From positions 79,088,500 through 79,152,499 of the forward strand of contig NC_057711.1 in NCBI RefSeq assembly GCF_004010195.1: 64,000 nucleotides of DNA, written 5' to 3'. Positions 25,960 to 37,990 of the stretch are shown piece by piece. This stretch comes from Chiloscyllium plagiosum (taxonomy: Eukaryota). The first letter of the stretch is position 1. The number at the start of each line of letters is the position of its first letter. Both the position numbers and the translations under genes were made by a program. The notes beneath the pieces were generated by a model, which saw only the letters and a program-made list of their open reading frames with translations, had not been told where the DNA came from and searched no databases.

Positions 25960-28220
25960 GAAAAAATAGAGGCAGAAATCAGATGGCTGGAAAGTGAGAG
26001 AATCATCAAACCAGCCCAGTTTGTGGAATGGGCAGCACTGGTCATACCAGTTGTGAAGCCTAACAGGTCAGTTTGCCTTTATGGGAATTTTAAACAAATG
26101 GAAAACCACTTTCTGCAGCCATATAAATGCCCAATCCCTTACACAAATGACCCATACACAAAGCTGGCAAGGGGCTGTCCTTCGCAAAGCTAGACATGAG
26201 CCATGCATACTTCCAATTGTGGTTAGATGAGAATTCTCGGAAATATGCTACGGTTAATATCCGTAAGGGTTTGTACCAATATATGAGATTGTCAACTAGG
26301 GTATTGTCTGCCTACACAATTTTTCAACAAACAATTGAGAACATTTTACAAGGTCTACTCAGTTGCCATTTATCTGGATGATGTGTTAATAACAGGGAAG
26401 GCCAATAAGGAGGACTTGGAGAAGTTGGAAAAATGTGTGTTGCAGGCACCCCTAGTGACCTACCTGGGCTACAGAGTCAATCAAAATGGGTTACACCCGT
26501 TGGAAGATGAAGTGAGGGCAATCTAAGGTGCCTCAGCTCCCGCATCAGTATTGGAGATTATGTCTTTTGTTGGGCTGGTGAATTATTATGGAAAGTTCAT
26601 ACATAACCTGGCCCCCATCCTGGCACTTTTGCATCAACTCTTAAAAAAAGGTCAGCCATAGCTTTCAGGGAAGTGACGAAACAGCTCTCACTCTCTCACA
26701 CTATGATCCCAAATGAGATCTGGTATTGACATGCAATGCTTCCCCATATGGCATCAGGGTAGTATTAGTTCATAAGTGGCCCAATGGAGAGGGACAAACA
26801 ATACTCATTGTATCCAGGACTTTGGCTAATGCAGAGCATAAATACAGCCAGATAGAGAAGGAAGGTTTGGCGGTCATATTTGGAGTCAGGAAGTTCCATC
26901 AATATCTTTATGGAGGTAAATTTGTAATAATTCGGTCTATTTAAAGAGGAGAAGACAGTACCGCCCATGGCTTCTGGCTGAATTCAGTGGTGGGCTCTAA
27001 TACTATGTGGTGGTGTCTAATTACAAGTTGGAACACCGTTTGGGAGCCCACATAGCCAATACGGATGAATTGAGCCGCTTCCCATTGGCAGATACAACAC
27101 CAGTGGTTTAATAGTTTTAAATTTTCTGGATGAACTTGCAGTCACAGCTGACAATATCAGACTTTGGAAGCAGAAAGCTCTGGTCCTGGCCAAACTGAAA
27201 CAGCTGGTGGGGATGGGGAAAACCAAAGGGCTGTCACCATCAGAACTGAAACCTTTTCGGACCTGGAGAGGCCAGTTCACAGTTCAATGGCATATTATTG
27301 TGGGGAGCAAGAGTGATTGACCTGAGCAAAGATCACCCCCAGGTACTGGTTAAACCCCACCAAGGTCATCCGGGGGGTTCCAAAATAAACATGTTGATGA
27401 GAAGTTATGTCCAGTGGCCAGGACTGGATGGAGCAATTCCAGGAGTACCAACAAGGACAAACATTACCATTAGCAGTGCCCCAACATTCATGGGAATAGC
27501 TAGGTAAATCCTGGACTTGGTTACACGTTGACTATGCAGGCTTCTTCATGGGCTCAGTGGTCTTACTCATTGTGGATACTCATTTAAAATAGCTGGACAT
27601 GTATCAAGTTCATTTTTCAAAGATGGGGATGACAATTGAAAAACTGCATGCATCTTTTCCAGTACACTGACTCCTGGAGGTATTGGTCACAGGTGATGGG
27701 CCAAATTTGAGTATTTTGAATGTTAAGGACATCCCCATACCATCCAATAGTCTGGCAGAAAAAGTATTCCCAACTTTGAAGGCAGGTTTAAAGAGACATC
27801 CTACAGCTTCACTAATACCAAACGCTTCAGTTCCTATTTGATTATAGGACTACTCCTCATGCAACTACAGGGATAGCTTCGGCAGAACTGATAATGGGGA
27901 GAAAACTCTGCATCAGGTTAAATCTGATCTTCCCAGACCTGGGGGTGAGGGTGAAACGGCATCAGCAACACCAATGCCGGACACAAGATTCCACTGAGTG
28001 AGAGAGACAGTTGAATTCAGGGGACAAAGTTTGGTGTAGGAACCATGGGAATGGCTCTGTATGGGAAAGATGCATGGTCAACGCGAGGTCAGGCCCCATG
28101 ATGTGTAAAGCTTGGATAGGTGCAATGGACCTGAACAAGCACGTGGACCATATTAAAGCTGCAAATTCGCAACAGTGCAGAAGCAAAACATGCCTGACTC
28201 CTCAACAGCCTTTATGACTG
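25960..28220 (+). mobile_element. Ty3/Gypsy pol relic (RT-RNase H-integrase), no LTRs seen
   Basis: EWAALVIPVVKP, YLDDVLITG, TCNASPYGI...YSQIEKEGLAVIFGVRKFHQYLYG, HQGHPG, LHVDYAG and SNSLAEK motifs with many stops and frameshifts. Confidence 0.92.
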
Positions 28221-28929
28221 TTCCAGAACAGTCAGATATATCCATGGTGCAAATTTCCTACAGCAAGCACCACACCCAGAACTCATCTCCTTTCCCATCA
28301 TGACTACAAATATTCCAGGATTGGACAGAAACAATTGCAATATCCACCTTTCAAGTCCTGGATAGACAGTGCATCATATTTAATCTCCTAACCCCCCCAC
28401 CTCCCACCCACTGTTTCCACTTTACCCTGCCCTTCAGCCATAGATGTCCTTCATCCTCTTTACCATTTGTGACTGAACTTTGTCTGTGGACATTGCAGCC
28501 TGCTTCCTTTTCAACACTTGAACCATTCTTGTAAAATGCACAATGTAACTCAGTGCAAACATTATTTATAGCCATATTGACATAAAGACAAATACTCAGC
28601 TCAAAATCCGGGAGTGAAGGTCACCAGGTACATGCCTGTTATATGCGGTCAGGTATATGACAGTGAGATTTCCCAACTGGGTAGAAGTTAATGACCACTT
28701 AATTCCACTCAGTTAAGATTTTAACAAGATGCTAATGTGTGCAGTTAGGCTCCCCAATACCTGCAGTTAATAAAGTCAAACGTACTTTTGAGGTCAGATA
28801 ACTTAATTAACAAACTTCATTGGCCCAGCATGTTTCTGCTTTTTACAGTTTTAGTTCTTCCACCATCATTGTTCTTTGCCTCCTTTGGGACTGAAGGATT
28901 GTGCCCAAGGAATCTTTTAATGATTTCAG

Positions 28930-29140
28930 GTTAGGAGAAACCATCAATAAGCACTATGAATCAGTGTTCACCCAAACTGATCCAACCATAATTCAATCAA
29001 TTGATACACTTCTGACTGAAGTCATGCCAAGATTTGATGCTACTGGAGTGTTGAAACTCCTGAAGGTATCAGACCAGCTCAAAGCCTATGGTCCTGATGA
29101 AATACTTATGCACATAATGAAGGAAAGTGCTAGCACTTAA
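28930..29140 (+). mobile_element. Small non-LTR retrotransposon ORF2 fragment
   Basis: INKHYESVFT...VLKLLKV...KAYGPDEI...MKE. Confidence 0.55.
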
Positions 29141-29927
29141 ATTATACAGCCTGTCAATAAAGGAGTGAGATTATTCTGTAAAACAGGAGAGATTGAAAGC
29201 AAAAGTCTACTGGCTTTTGCCTATCCAATGTGACACACAAACGTATCTGAACATCTTCATATCAAACAAATAAGAGACTGGAATAACCTCTCCCTAAAAA
29301 TGAGCAAAAAAACCACTTCACAAGATGTAAAGTTTCTGTGGAAAGGATTTACTAAAGTGTAGGGTACATAAACAGCATGAAAATTGTTGAACCTCTGGAT
29401 GGTGATGCTGTAGAGCAATGTCTGTATGTAAACCTCAGATTCTTAGAAAAGGTCTTGAACTATGAGATCACTTATTTCTCTCTCTCATCTTTCTCTCGTA
29501 ATGCATTTGTGAATTTCTAGTCTGAAGGAACTGTTCCTGAATCAAGAGAAAGTTTTTGGATTGTCAATAAAGCATTTGTAATTTTCTAAACTGAACGTTA
29601 AAGGCAGATTGGGACTTGAAGGCGAGCAGGAGGAGATTAAGCACTTGCCCTTGACATGAGGGTAGCACTTAATGGAATAGTTAAGTCCAGATGGTGAAGG
29701 CTATTCTTTAATTGAAGCGGTCATTTTATCATGACCCAGAGTTAACAAAACACAATTCCAACAGCACTTATAGCAAAACAATCAGGGTGGGAAACCAAAT
29801 GCTCCTGAGCTTCTCTTCTTCAAAGTGCCTGTGGCTTTATTGGAAATACTGACCTGAGGAAATCTTCATGAGTGAATAAATGAATTTGCAATCTTGTTCA
29901 ACATTGTGTAGCTTTTGATCAATCACT

Positions 29928-30280
29928 GAGCACGGTGGCTCAGTGGTTAGCATTGCTGACTCACAGTGCTGGGGACCTGGGTTTGATTCCAGCCTTGGGC
30001 GACTGACTGTGTGGAGTTTGCACCTTCTCCGTGTCTGTGTGGGTTTCCTTCGGGTGCTCCGGTTTCCTCCCATTGTCCAAAGTTGTGTGGGTTAGGTGAA
30101 TTGGCTATGCTAAATTACCCACAGTGTTCAGGGATGTGTAAGTTAGATGCATTAGTCAGGGGTAAATGTACAGTAATAGGTTATGAGTCTGGGTTTGACA
30201 CTCTTCAGAGGGTTGGTGTGGACTTGTTGGGCTAAATGGCCTGTTTCCACACTGCAGGGCTTCTGTTATTTTCTATTCTA
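29928..30280 (+). mobile_element. Near full-length HE1/V-SINE
   Basis: A box GGTGGCTCAGTGG, B box GGTTTGATTCC, V-domain and HER1-like tail. Confidence 0.92.
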
Positions 30281-31186
30281 ATGACTATCACATTAATGTG
30301 ACCTGTAACCAGTTGCTAATATGTAATAAACGATGTCTTGATAATTATATAAGACTCTTCTTGTTAGACCTGGAAGTGATCTGCCACTCTAGAAGAACCA
30401 GACCATGTAATTTCCAACAATTAAACAGAACGGTTATACCAAGCTTCATCATGGGCAGCAATTCATGGTGGGATTAGAAGGCACGCCCATACAGCATGGT
30501 GAGCAGTAGTGTGAGGTCTTCTGACTCAGCTTGGAGTTGACTCCTCACATAGTATAACCAGCAGTATTGAAGAGCTTAACATCTAAGAACCTCACAGAAG
30601 AACATCTTGTGGTAATTGTTACGGGGCAAGATTACTCCAAAGAACCATAGAAGCACTTTGGACCTGGTTAAAAAAAAAAAGATGCATGGCAACAGGAGAG
30701 TTAGCAATGCCGTGGAGGAGGAGAATTTGTAACTCCATAGTAGATAGATGTTATACCATGAGGCAGTGGTCTGAGCAGTTTTGATTCATTGTTCAGCGAA
30801 CAAACATCAGAGGATCTGAAAGTAATGGTTTAAAATCCCTGATAAGTCAGGGGAAACTTTAAAATTGTGCAGAAACCTGGGATGAATGAGTGACAAGTAA
30901 AAATTTAATTGCAGCTTTACCACCATAATAAGTGAGCACCATGTTGCATGACTACAGTAATGGAAGTAAAGGGCTAGAAAATAAATATTAAAACAAGATT
31001 GCAACTCTGCAGTCATCCCAAAATAAGTAATTAAAGTCATAACATTAGATACATTAAAAACCTAAGCAGATGGAAATACGATAAGATTTAGGAAATTTTA
31101 TTCAAGCTGGGAAATAAACAGGAGTTCCTTCATAAGAGCTATAATAAAGGCAGGAAACATTTGTTTAAAATCTGAGGAGTTGGGTC

Positions 31187-31405
31187 TAAAATAACTCTTC
31201 AGAGGCTGACATCACTCATCATCAATCACCCCTTATTTACAAATTCTTAGTCTTTGACAACTGCATGCCACTCATTCATTCAGGAATTCTCTTACATTCA
31301 TCCTTTCATGTGAGCCAGGGCTCCCTGATTGGACCAGATTAACAGTCCCAGTCAAGGAACTCATTTTATAGGAAGTTCAGCTGGCTGACCTCATTAATCC
31401 CTACA
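31187..31405 (-). mobile_element. Solo LTR-like sequence
   Basis: Begins TGTA on the minus strand; 3' part (TGTAAATAAGGG..GCCTCTGAAGAGTTA) resembles the LTR at ~10950-11000. Confidence 0.6.
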
Positions 31406-31507
31406 GGGGATCAGAAAATCTATGATTGAAAAGGAACTCATTTTATAGGAAGTTCAGCTGGCTGACCTCATTAATCCCTACAGGGGATCAGTAAATCTAT
31501 GACTGAA
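31354..31507. repeat. 77-bp tandem duplication
   Basis: AAGGAACTCATTTTATAGG...CTATGA(T/C)TGAA at 31354-31430 and 31431-31507, 2 mismatches. Confidence 0.95.
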
Positions 31508-31646
31508 GAGAAAATATTGATTAATGGTCTGAATAGCAGGAATTATTCATGAAGCCAGGCAAAAGACCAGAATTCTCCATTTTACCCCCTAAGCCTAAGA
31601 TTCCTCTGTTTTAACTATAAAGCATGTAAACCACCTGTTTTAGCCA

Positions 31647-32104
31647 TTAAGCATGGAAATTCTGCCATTTTAGCTGTAAATCATGGGAAACCCCTCTAAT
31701 ATAGCAGTAAAAAGTGTCAAAACTGAAATTACTGGAAAATAAATGATGGTTAAGCAAGCAAAATAAATAATTACATCAGGAAGATTTTGAATCAGAATGT
31801 CAAGAAGATCTAATTTCAGAGATTGGCCAATCAGGCTAGGATATTTAGGGGGAAGCAATCTTTGCAACACAGTATGGTTTACAAATTAAACTAAAAGCTC
31901 AACAAATAAAAGTGCTTTTAGGCATGATTATGAGTACAGCTGATGATATTAGTTTACCAAGGGTTAAAAGAAGCAACAGATGATTTTGAAAAAATGCTGA
32001 AAGAGTTTAGCGATTACTACAACCTCAGTTTTGACACTTTTTACTGCTGTATTAGAGGGGTTTCCCATGATTTACAGCTAAAATGGCAGAATTTCCATGC
32101 TTAA
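31647..32104. repeat. 80-bp inverted repeat with 298-bp spacer
   Basis: 31647-31726 is the reverse complement of 32025-32104 with a single mismatch. Confidence 0.95.
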
Positions 32105-32581
32105 AATTTGTGTAAAAGTAATATTTAATAGAAGAGTTCAGAATCCAGAAAAATCCATCCATGACTTCATAATGATCTCTACAGATTCCTGGGAAATGAA
32201 GCTACAGAGCATTCAAGTCACAGTTCAGAAGATGTAGCATTGTAGAGATCACTGATGAATCTTCGTCAGAGTTATTGCACTACAAAGAAGATCAGACTCT
32301 AGCAAAATCCAATCAGATGGTGAGAGAAGCAGAATTCAGAACAACCAATTAAAATTGAATGCATTATTTATGACACAATAGGTTACTTCCATGAATAAGT
32401 GCACAAAGGGAACTGTTTCAGGACATGCACTATTTCAGAAAAGCAAGAAATCAAATAGCTAGCCTCGTAAAGAGGTTAATGAGTTGAAATGTTTACAACA
32501 GAAGCAAAACCTAAAGTGTTCCCAGGAGAAATAGGCCATCCACAAGTTTGATTTTGGCAACCTACTATTAATGTCAGTAGT

Positions 32582-32866
32582 TGTGGTTCTGTTCGCCGAG
32601 CTGGGAATTTGTGTTGCAGACATTTCGTCCCCTATCTAGGAGACATCCTCAGTGCTTGGGAGCCTCCATTGAAGTGCTGTAATGTTTCCTCCGGCATTTA
32701 TAGTGATTTGTATCTGCCACTTCTGGTTGTCAGTTCCAGCTGTCCGTTGCAGTGGCCAGTATATTGGGTCCAGGTCGATGTGCTTATTGATTGAATCTGT
32801 GGATGAGTGCCATGCCTCTAGGAATTCCCTGGCTGTCCTCTGTTTGGCTTGTCCTAAAGTAGTGTG
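32582..32866 (-). mobile_element. 5'-truncated PLE (same family as 5700-6327), 12-bp TSD
   Basis: Closely matches ~5728-6020; TSD AATGTCAGTAGT at 32570-32581 and 32867-32878. Confidence 0.92.
32616..32655 (-). ncRNA. Minimal hammerhead motif, core intact
   Basis: GCA-CUGAGGA-U-GUCUCCU-AGAU-AGGGGAC-GAAA-U-GUC^UGC. Confidence 0.78.
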
Positions 32867-33059
32867 AATGTCAGTAGTCTTCCCACAAATGTTAAGTTAG
32901 GTACCAAGGCAAGTGTCACTATATTATCAGATAGCGAGCCAATACAGACATCCACAGTTATCCACAGTCAATACTACTGCAACGTTTTGGTCCAGGAGGC
33001 ATAACTCTTAAGATTGAAGGAACGGGACGAACAGCTCTCAGCTCCCCAATGGGGCTTCT

Positions 33060-33745
33060 AAGATTCTCAGCCTTTCTTTTGGTTGCTGCTGGCTTTCCCT
33101 TGTCTTTGCAATTTCTCTGGTCCTTCCTTTTCTCTTGAGGAAGTTATTATGCTCGCAACTAAATTATTCCCCAATAAAATGTCAATCCTTGACATCGGCA
33201 CACTTTGGACCACATCTACTGTTACCAAGCCCATAACAAGTTTACTCTGCAACTAAACTGGCTTAGTGACAACTCTATTCCCTTCCCCATGAACTATTAG
33301 TACACTTTAGTTTAACTTACTTTCCGGTGTAAAATCTTTTATTTTCCCCACTAGCAAAGTCTGCAAGCACTCAGTGTCTTGGAGATACTAATTTCTCTTT
33401 CTGATATTTAAAACAATCAGTGGTTGCTGCTGCTTTTGATGAAAACTGCTGACAGTGAGCTTGGCCAACAGTCATTCCGAAGCAGATATAAACCATTTTC
33501 AATGCTTCAGATAGTGGTTTGTCGCCTGAGTTTCTGGTGTACACTGTATCCAACAATGTTCCTTACATGTCCCAGTTTCTTGCAGTAAAAACATTTGTCA
33601 TGACGTTCCAACAGTTTCCCATCCAGTTCTCTCCTTCTAATGGTTGGGAATAATTATGTCAGGCCGGCTTTCCTTTTCTTTCCAGCTGGTCTCAAGGTAC
33701 TTACTTGCCTTGTTCTTATCTCTTTGTGATTTACAATGGTCCAGA
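33060..33745 (-). mobile_element. Gmr1-like Gypsy relic: zinc knuckle and protease region
   Basis: KCFYCKKLGHVRN at ~33560-33600; LQSKLVMGLVTVDVVQSVPMSRIDILLGNNL. Confidence 0.65.
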
Positions 33746-33751
33746 GAACTT

Positions 33752-36700
33752 AGAGCATAGAACAGCATAACACAGTACAGGCCCTTCGGCTCTCAATGTT
33801 ATGCTCACCTTTTATCCTATCCTAAGATCAAACTAACCTACATACCTTTCATTTTATTATCATCCATGTGCCTAACCAAGCGTCGCTTAAATGTCCCTAA
33901 TGTCTCTGACTCTACTACCACCGCTGGCAGTGCATTCCACGCATTCAACACTCTCTGTATAAAGAATCAACTTCTAACGTCTCCCCTAAACCTTCCTCCA
34001 ATCACCTTAATATTTTGCCCACCAGTGATAGCCATTTCTGCTCGGGGGAAAAGTCTCTGGCTATCCACTCTATCTATACCTCTCATCATCTTGTGCACCT
34101 TTATCAAGTCACCTCTCATCCTTCTTCACTCCAGTGAGAAAAGCCCTAGCTTCCTCAATGTTTCTGCATTAGACATGCCCTTCAGTCCAGGCAGTATCCT
34201 GGTAAATGTCCTCTGCACCCTTTCTAAAGCTTCCATATCCTTACTATAATGAGGTGACCAGAACAAAACACAATATTCCAAGTGTGGTCTGACCAGGCTT
34301 TACAGAGCTGCAGCATGACTTCACGGCTCTTAAACTCAATCTCCCTGCTAATGAAAGCCTTCTTAGCAACCCTATCAACTTGGGTGGCAACTTTGAGGAA
34401 TCTATGGATGTGGACCCTAAGATCCCTCTGATCCTTCACACTGCCAAGTATCCTGCTGTTAACCCTGTAATCTGCATTCAAATTTGCCTTCAAAAATGAA
34501 TCACTTCACACTTTTCTAGGTTGAACTCCATCTTCCACTTCTCAGCCCAGCTTTGCATCCTATCAATGTCCCGTTACAACCTATAACAGCCCTCCACACT
34601 AACCACAACTCCACAACTTTGTGACATCAGCAAACTTACTCACCCACTCTTCCATTTCCTCATCCATGTCATTTATAAAAATCACAAAGAACAGAGGTCC
34701 CAGAACAGATCCCTGGGGAACACCACTGATTACTGAGCTCCAGGCTGAATACGTTCCAACCTTCTGTCTTCTATGGGCCAGCCAATTCTGTATCCAGACA
34801 GCCAACTTTCCCTGTATTCCATGCCTCCTTACTTTCTGAATGAGACTACTATGGGCACCCTTATCAAATGCCTTGATAAAATGCATATACACCACATCCA
34901 CTGCTCTACCTTCATCAATGTGTTTTGTCACATCCTCAAATAACTCAATAAGGTATGTGAGGCATGACCTGTCCTTCACAAAGCCATGCTGACTATCTCT
35001 AATCAAACTATGCTTTTCCAAATATACATTAATCTTGTCTCTCAGAATCCTCTCTAATAATCTACCTCCCTTCTACATAAGATTGACTGGTCTGTAATTC
35101 CCAGGTTCATTCCTGATGAAGGGCTTTTGCCCAAAATGTCGATTTTCCTGCTCCTCGGATGCTGCCTGACCTGCTGTGCTTTTCCAGCACCACACTCTCG
35201 ACTCTAATCTCTAGCATCTGCAGTCCTCACTTTCGCCTAATTCCCAGGGTTATCCCTATTTCATTTACCACCCTCCAATCATCCAGTGGACAGTGAGGAT
35301 GCAAAAATTAGTGCCAAAGGTGTAGCAATCTCTTCCCTCACTTCCTGTAGCAATCTTGGGTATATCACATCTGGCCCTGGTGACTTATCTATACTCATGT
35401 TTTTCAAAATTTCCAGCATATCCTCCATTTTAACATCAACCTGTTTGAGCATATCAGCTTGTTTCATGCTGCCCTCACAAATGACAAAGTCTTTCTCACT
35501 AGTGATTACTGAAGGAAATAATTCATTGAGGACCACCTCTAACCTTCTCTGAATCCAGGGACAAGTTCCCTCCACTATCCTTGATCAGCCCTACCCTCAC
35601 TCTGACCATCCTCTTGTTTCTCACATAAGTGTAGAATGCCTCGGCATTTTCCTTAAACCTACCTGCCAAGACCCCTTTCTAGCTCTCCTAAGTCTGTTCT
35701 TCCATTCCTTCTTTCCAACCTTGTAACTCACTAGAGCCATGTCTGATCCTTGCTTCCCCAACCTGAAGTAAGCTCCCTTTTTCCTCTTGACTAGATGTTC
35801 CAAATCTCTTGTCATCCAAGATTCCTTCACCATACCATCCCTTCCTTGCCTCAGTGGAACAAATCGATCCCGCACTTGCAACAAGAGTTTCCTAAACAAC
35901 TTGCACATTTCTGTCATGCATTTCCCTGAGAATATTTACTCCCAAGTTATGCTCCACAGTTCTTGCCTAATCACATTGTAATTCCCCCACCCCAATTAAA
36001 TATTTGCCCATATCGTCTGCTCCTATCCCTCTCCATGACTACAGTAAAGGTCAGGGAGTTGTGATCACTATCTCAGAAATGCTCTCCCTCTGAGAGATCT
36101 GATACCTAACTCGGTTTGTTGCCAAGCACCATATCCAATATGGCCTCCCCTCTAGTCGGCTTATCTACATATTGAGTCAGGAATCCTTCCTGGACATACC
36201 TGACAAAATCTGCTCTATCCAAACTATTTGCGCAAAGGAGGTTCCTATCAATATTAGGGAAGTTGAAGTCATCTATGACAACAACCCTGTTACTTCTTCA
36301 CCTTTCCAAAATCTGTCTCCCAATCTGCTCCATATCTCTGTTGCTATTGGGGGGTCTATAAAAAACTCCCAATAAAGTGATTGCTCCTTTCCTGGTTCTG
36401 ACTTCCACCTATACTGACTCAGTAGACAAACCCTCCTCAATGACCTCCCTTTCTGCAGCTGTGATACTATCTCTGATTAACAATGCCACTTCCCCACCTC
36501 TTTTACCTCCCTCCCTATTCCTTTTGAAACATTTAAACCCTGGAAAATCCAACAATCATCCCTGCCCCAATGATATCCAAGTCACTGTAATGACCACAAC
36601 ATCATAGCGCCAAGTACTGATCCATGCTCTAAGTTCATTATCCTTATTCCCGACACTTCTTGATTTAAAATAAACACAATTCAGCCCATCACACTGATTG

Positions 36701-36888
36701 CAACCTTGCCTTCTTAACTGTCTATCCTTCCTCACAGATTCTCTGCATGCTCTATCTGCCCGTTCACCTGCTAGCCCATCCTCTGATCCATAGCTCTGAT
36801 TCCTATCCCCCTGCCAAACTGATTTAAACCCTGCCGAAGAGCTCTAGGAAACCTCCCGCCAAGGATATTGGTGCCTCTCCGGTTCACA
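33752..36888 (-). mobile_element. Long CR1 LINE (ORF1 end, APE endonuclease, RT, 3' UTR), non-functional
   Basis: [49 protein letters not shown] and SKFAD; APE region ~36000-36650; tail at ~33752-33790. Confidence 0.95.
35106..35237 (+). mobile_element. 132-bp solo PLE pseudo-LTR inserted in the CR1, 11-bp TSD, hammerhead GAAA mutated to AAAA
   Basis: TSD TAATTCCCAGG at 35095-35105 and 35238-35248; CTGATGAAGGGCTTTTGCCCAAAATGTC at 35113-35140. Confidence 0.92.
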
Positions 36889-37187
36889 GACTCCAACTTC
36901 CCTGAGTCTATAGCTGTGTATGTTAAACAGAATGATTGTCTCTCTGGACCCTGCTACCCCCTGTCCCTCCAAATGCACCTGAAATGGAAAGAATATAAAG
37001 TTTTTGAACACGTTAGAGATAATTAATTTTAATTCTCAATTTTAAGTACTTGTTCACTTTAGTCAAAAACAAACTGCTTACATTGTTGAAATTCAAAGTG
37101 TGTCTGCTCAGGTAATTTCCTGAGGGTGCAGGAAATGTTTTTCAGAGTTTTTCCCTTCTGACTCTAACTCCTTTTGCTGCTTCACAG

Positions 37188-37205
37188 TCAGTGCACTGTC
37201 TTCAG
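37188..37205 (+). other. Candidate 18-nt microexon
   Basis: CTAAC branch-like motif, pyrimidine tract with TGC motifs, CAG acceptor, 18 nt, CAG|GTAAGA donor; no host gene identified. Confidence 0.3.
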
Positions 37206-37629
37206 GTAAGAGGAAGTAAACTTTGTGAACTTTCTCTATCAGCCTGCTCTCCAATAGCATTGACTATTTCTGGATTGGCACATTGTTGAATAGAATTATT
37301 TAAGGTCACTTGTACTTAATACAAAATGCAATGAAAGGTTCACACTATCACCATGAATCATTAACTTAAAATAAAATTAAAAGTAAAGAAATCTAACTTA
37401 AAGAGGGTTCAACTTTTCTTTCTCTGCTGCTATAGTCCCACTCTGGGCTTCACCAGCCCACTCCACTCTGCAGTTAGAGTCTGCTCTGGGCTTCACCAGC
37501 CCAGGCCATGCCATTGCCCCAGAGTGCCACTGCAGGCTTCACAGGCAGGTCGACTCTGTACCTCCGCTGCCTCAGAAGACACTGTCACTCCAGACTCCAT
37601 CAAAGCCACCTTCCTACTGAAGATGTCTC

Positions 37630-37990
37630 TTTAGAAAGTAGGAACTTCCAAAAGGGATAAAGAATATGGCCACTTCTTCTTCATTAAATTTAAGAGTTTG
37701 AACACTTCAGCTGCTAAGTCTGAGTTAGGTGTCACTCCCTCGTCGGGTTACATTCAGGGTCTCTTCTTAGCTTGAATTGTTTCAACTTCAAGTTTCCCTG
37801 TTGTTTCCTGGAATTCCCCTTCCTTTCTCGATCTTGTTCCTGATCCTCTGTCTCTTCTTTCTGTTCCTGCAATTTTCTTTCCTTTTTTTTCTATTGGAAT
37901 TCGAGTTTCAAACTTAACTGTTCCAATTTAAACTTATTTGTTTCATCTGTAGATATTTCGCTATTTCTGCTATTCTGTTTACACAAAAGT
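37630..37990 (-). mobile_element. Gmr1-like Gypsy gag N-terminal relic
   Basis: E/K/R-rich coiled-coil stretch followed by KFNEEEVAIFFIPF. Confidence 0.55.

Larger units (their letters stand above)
31860..33050 (+). mobile_element. Ty3/Gypsy gag-protease relic
   Basis: FEKMLKEFSDYYNL..FNRRVQNPEKSIHDFI..DQTLAKSNQMVREAE; protease-like WQPTINVSSLPTNVKLGTKASVTILSD once the PLE insertion is removed. Confidence 0.72.

Noticed and set aside
29928..30000. tRNA gene
   Set aside because: The A/B boxes belong to a tRNA-derived SINE head; the same applies to 56110-56183
31647..32104. MITE with 80-bp TIRs
   Set aside because: The interior and right flank read as one continuous gag relic; the terminal TTAA is part of the inverted copy itself
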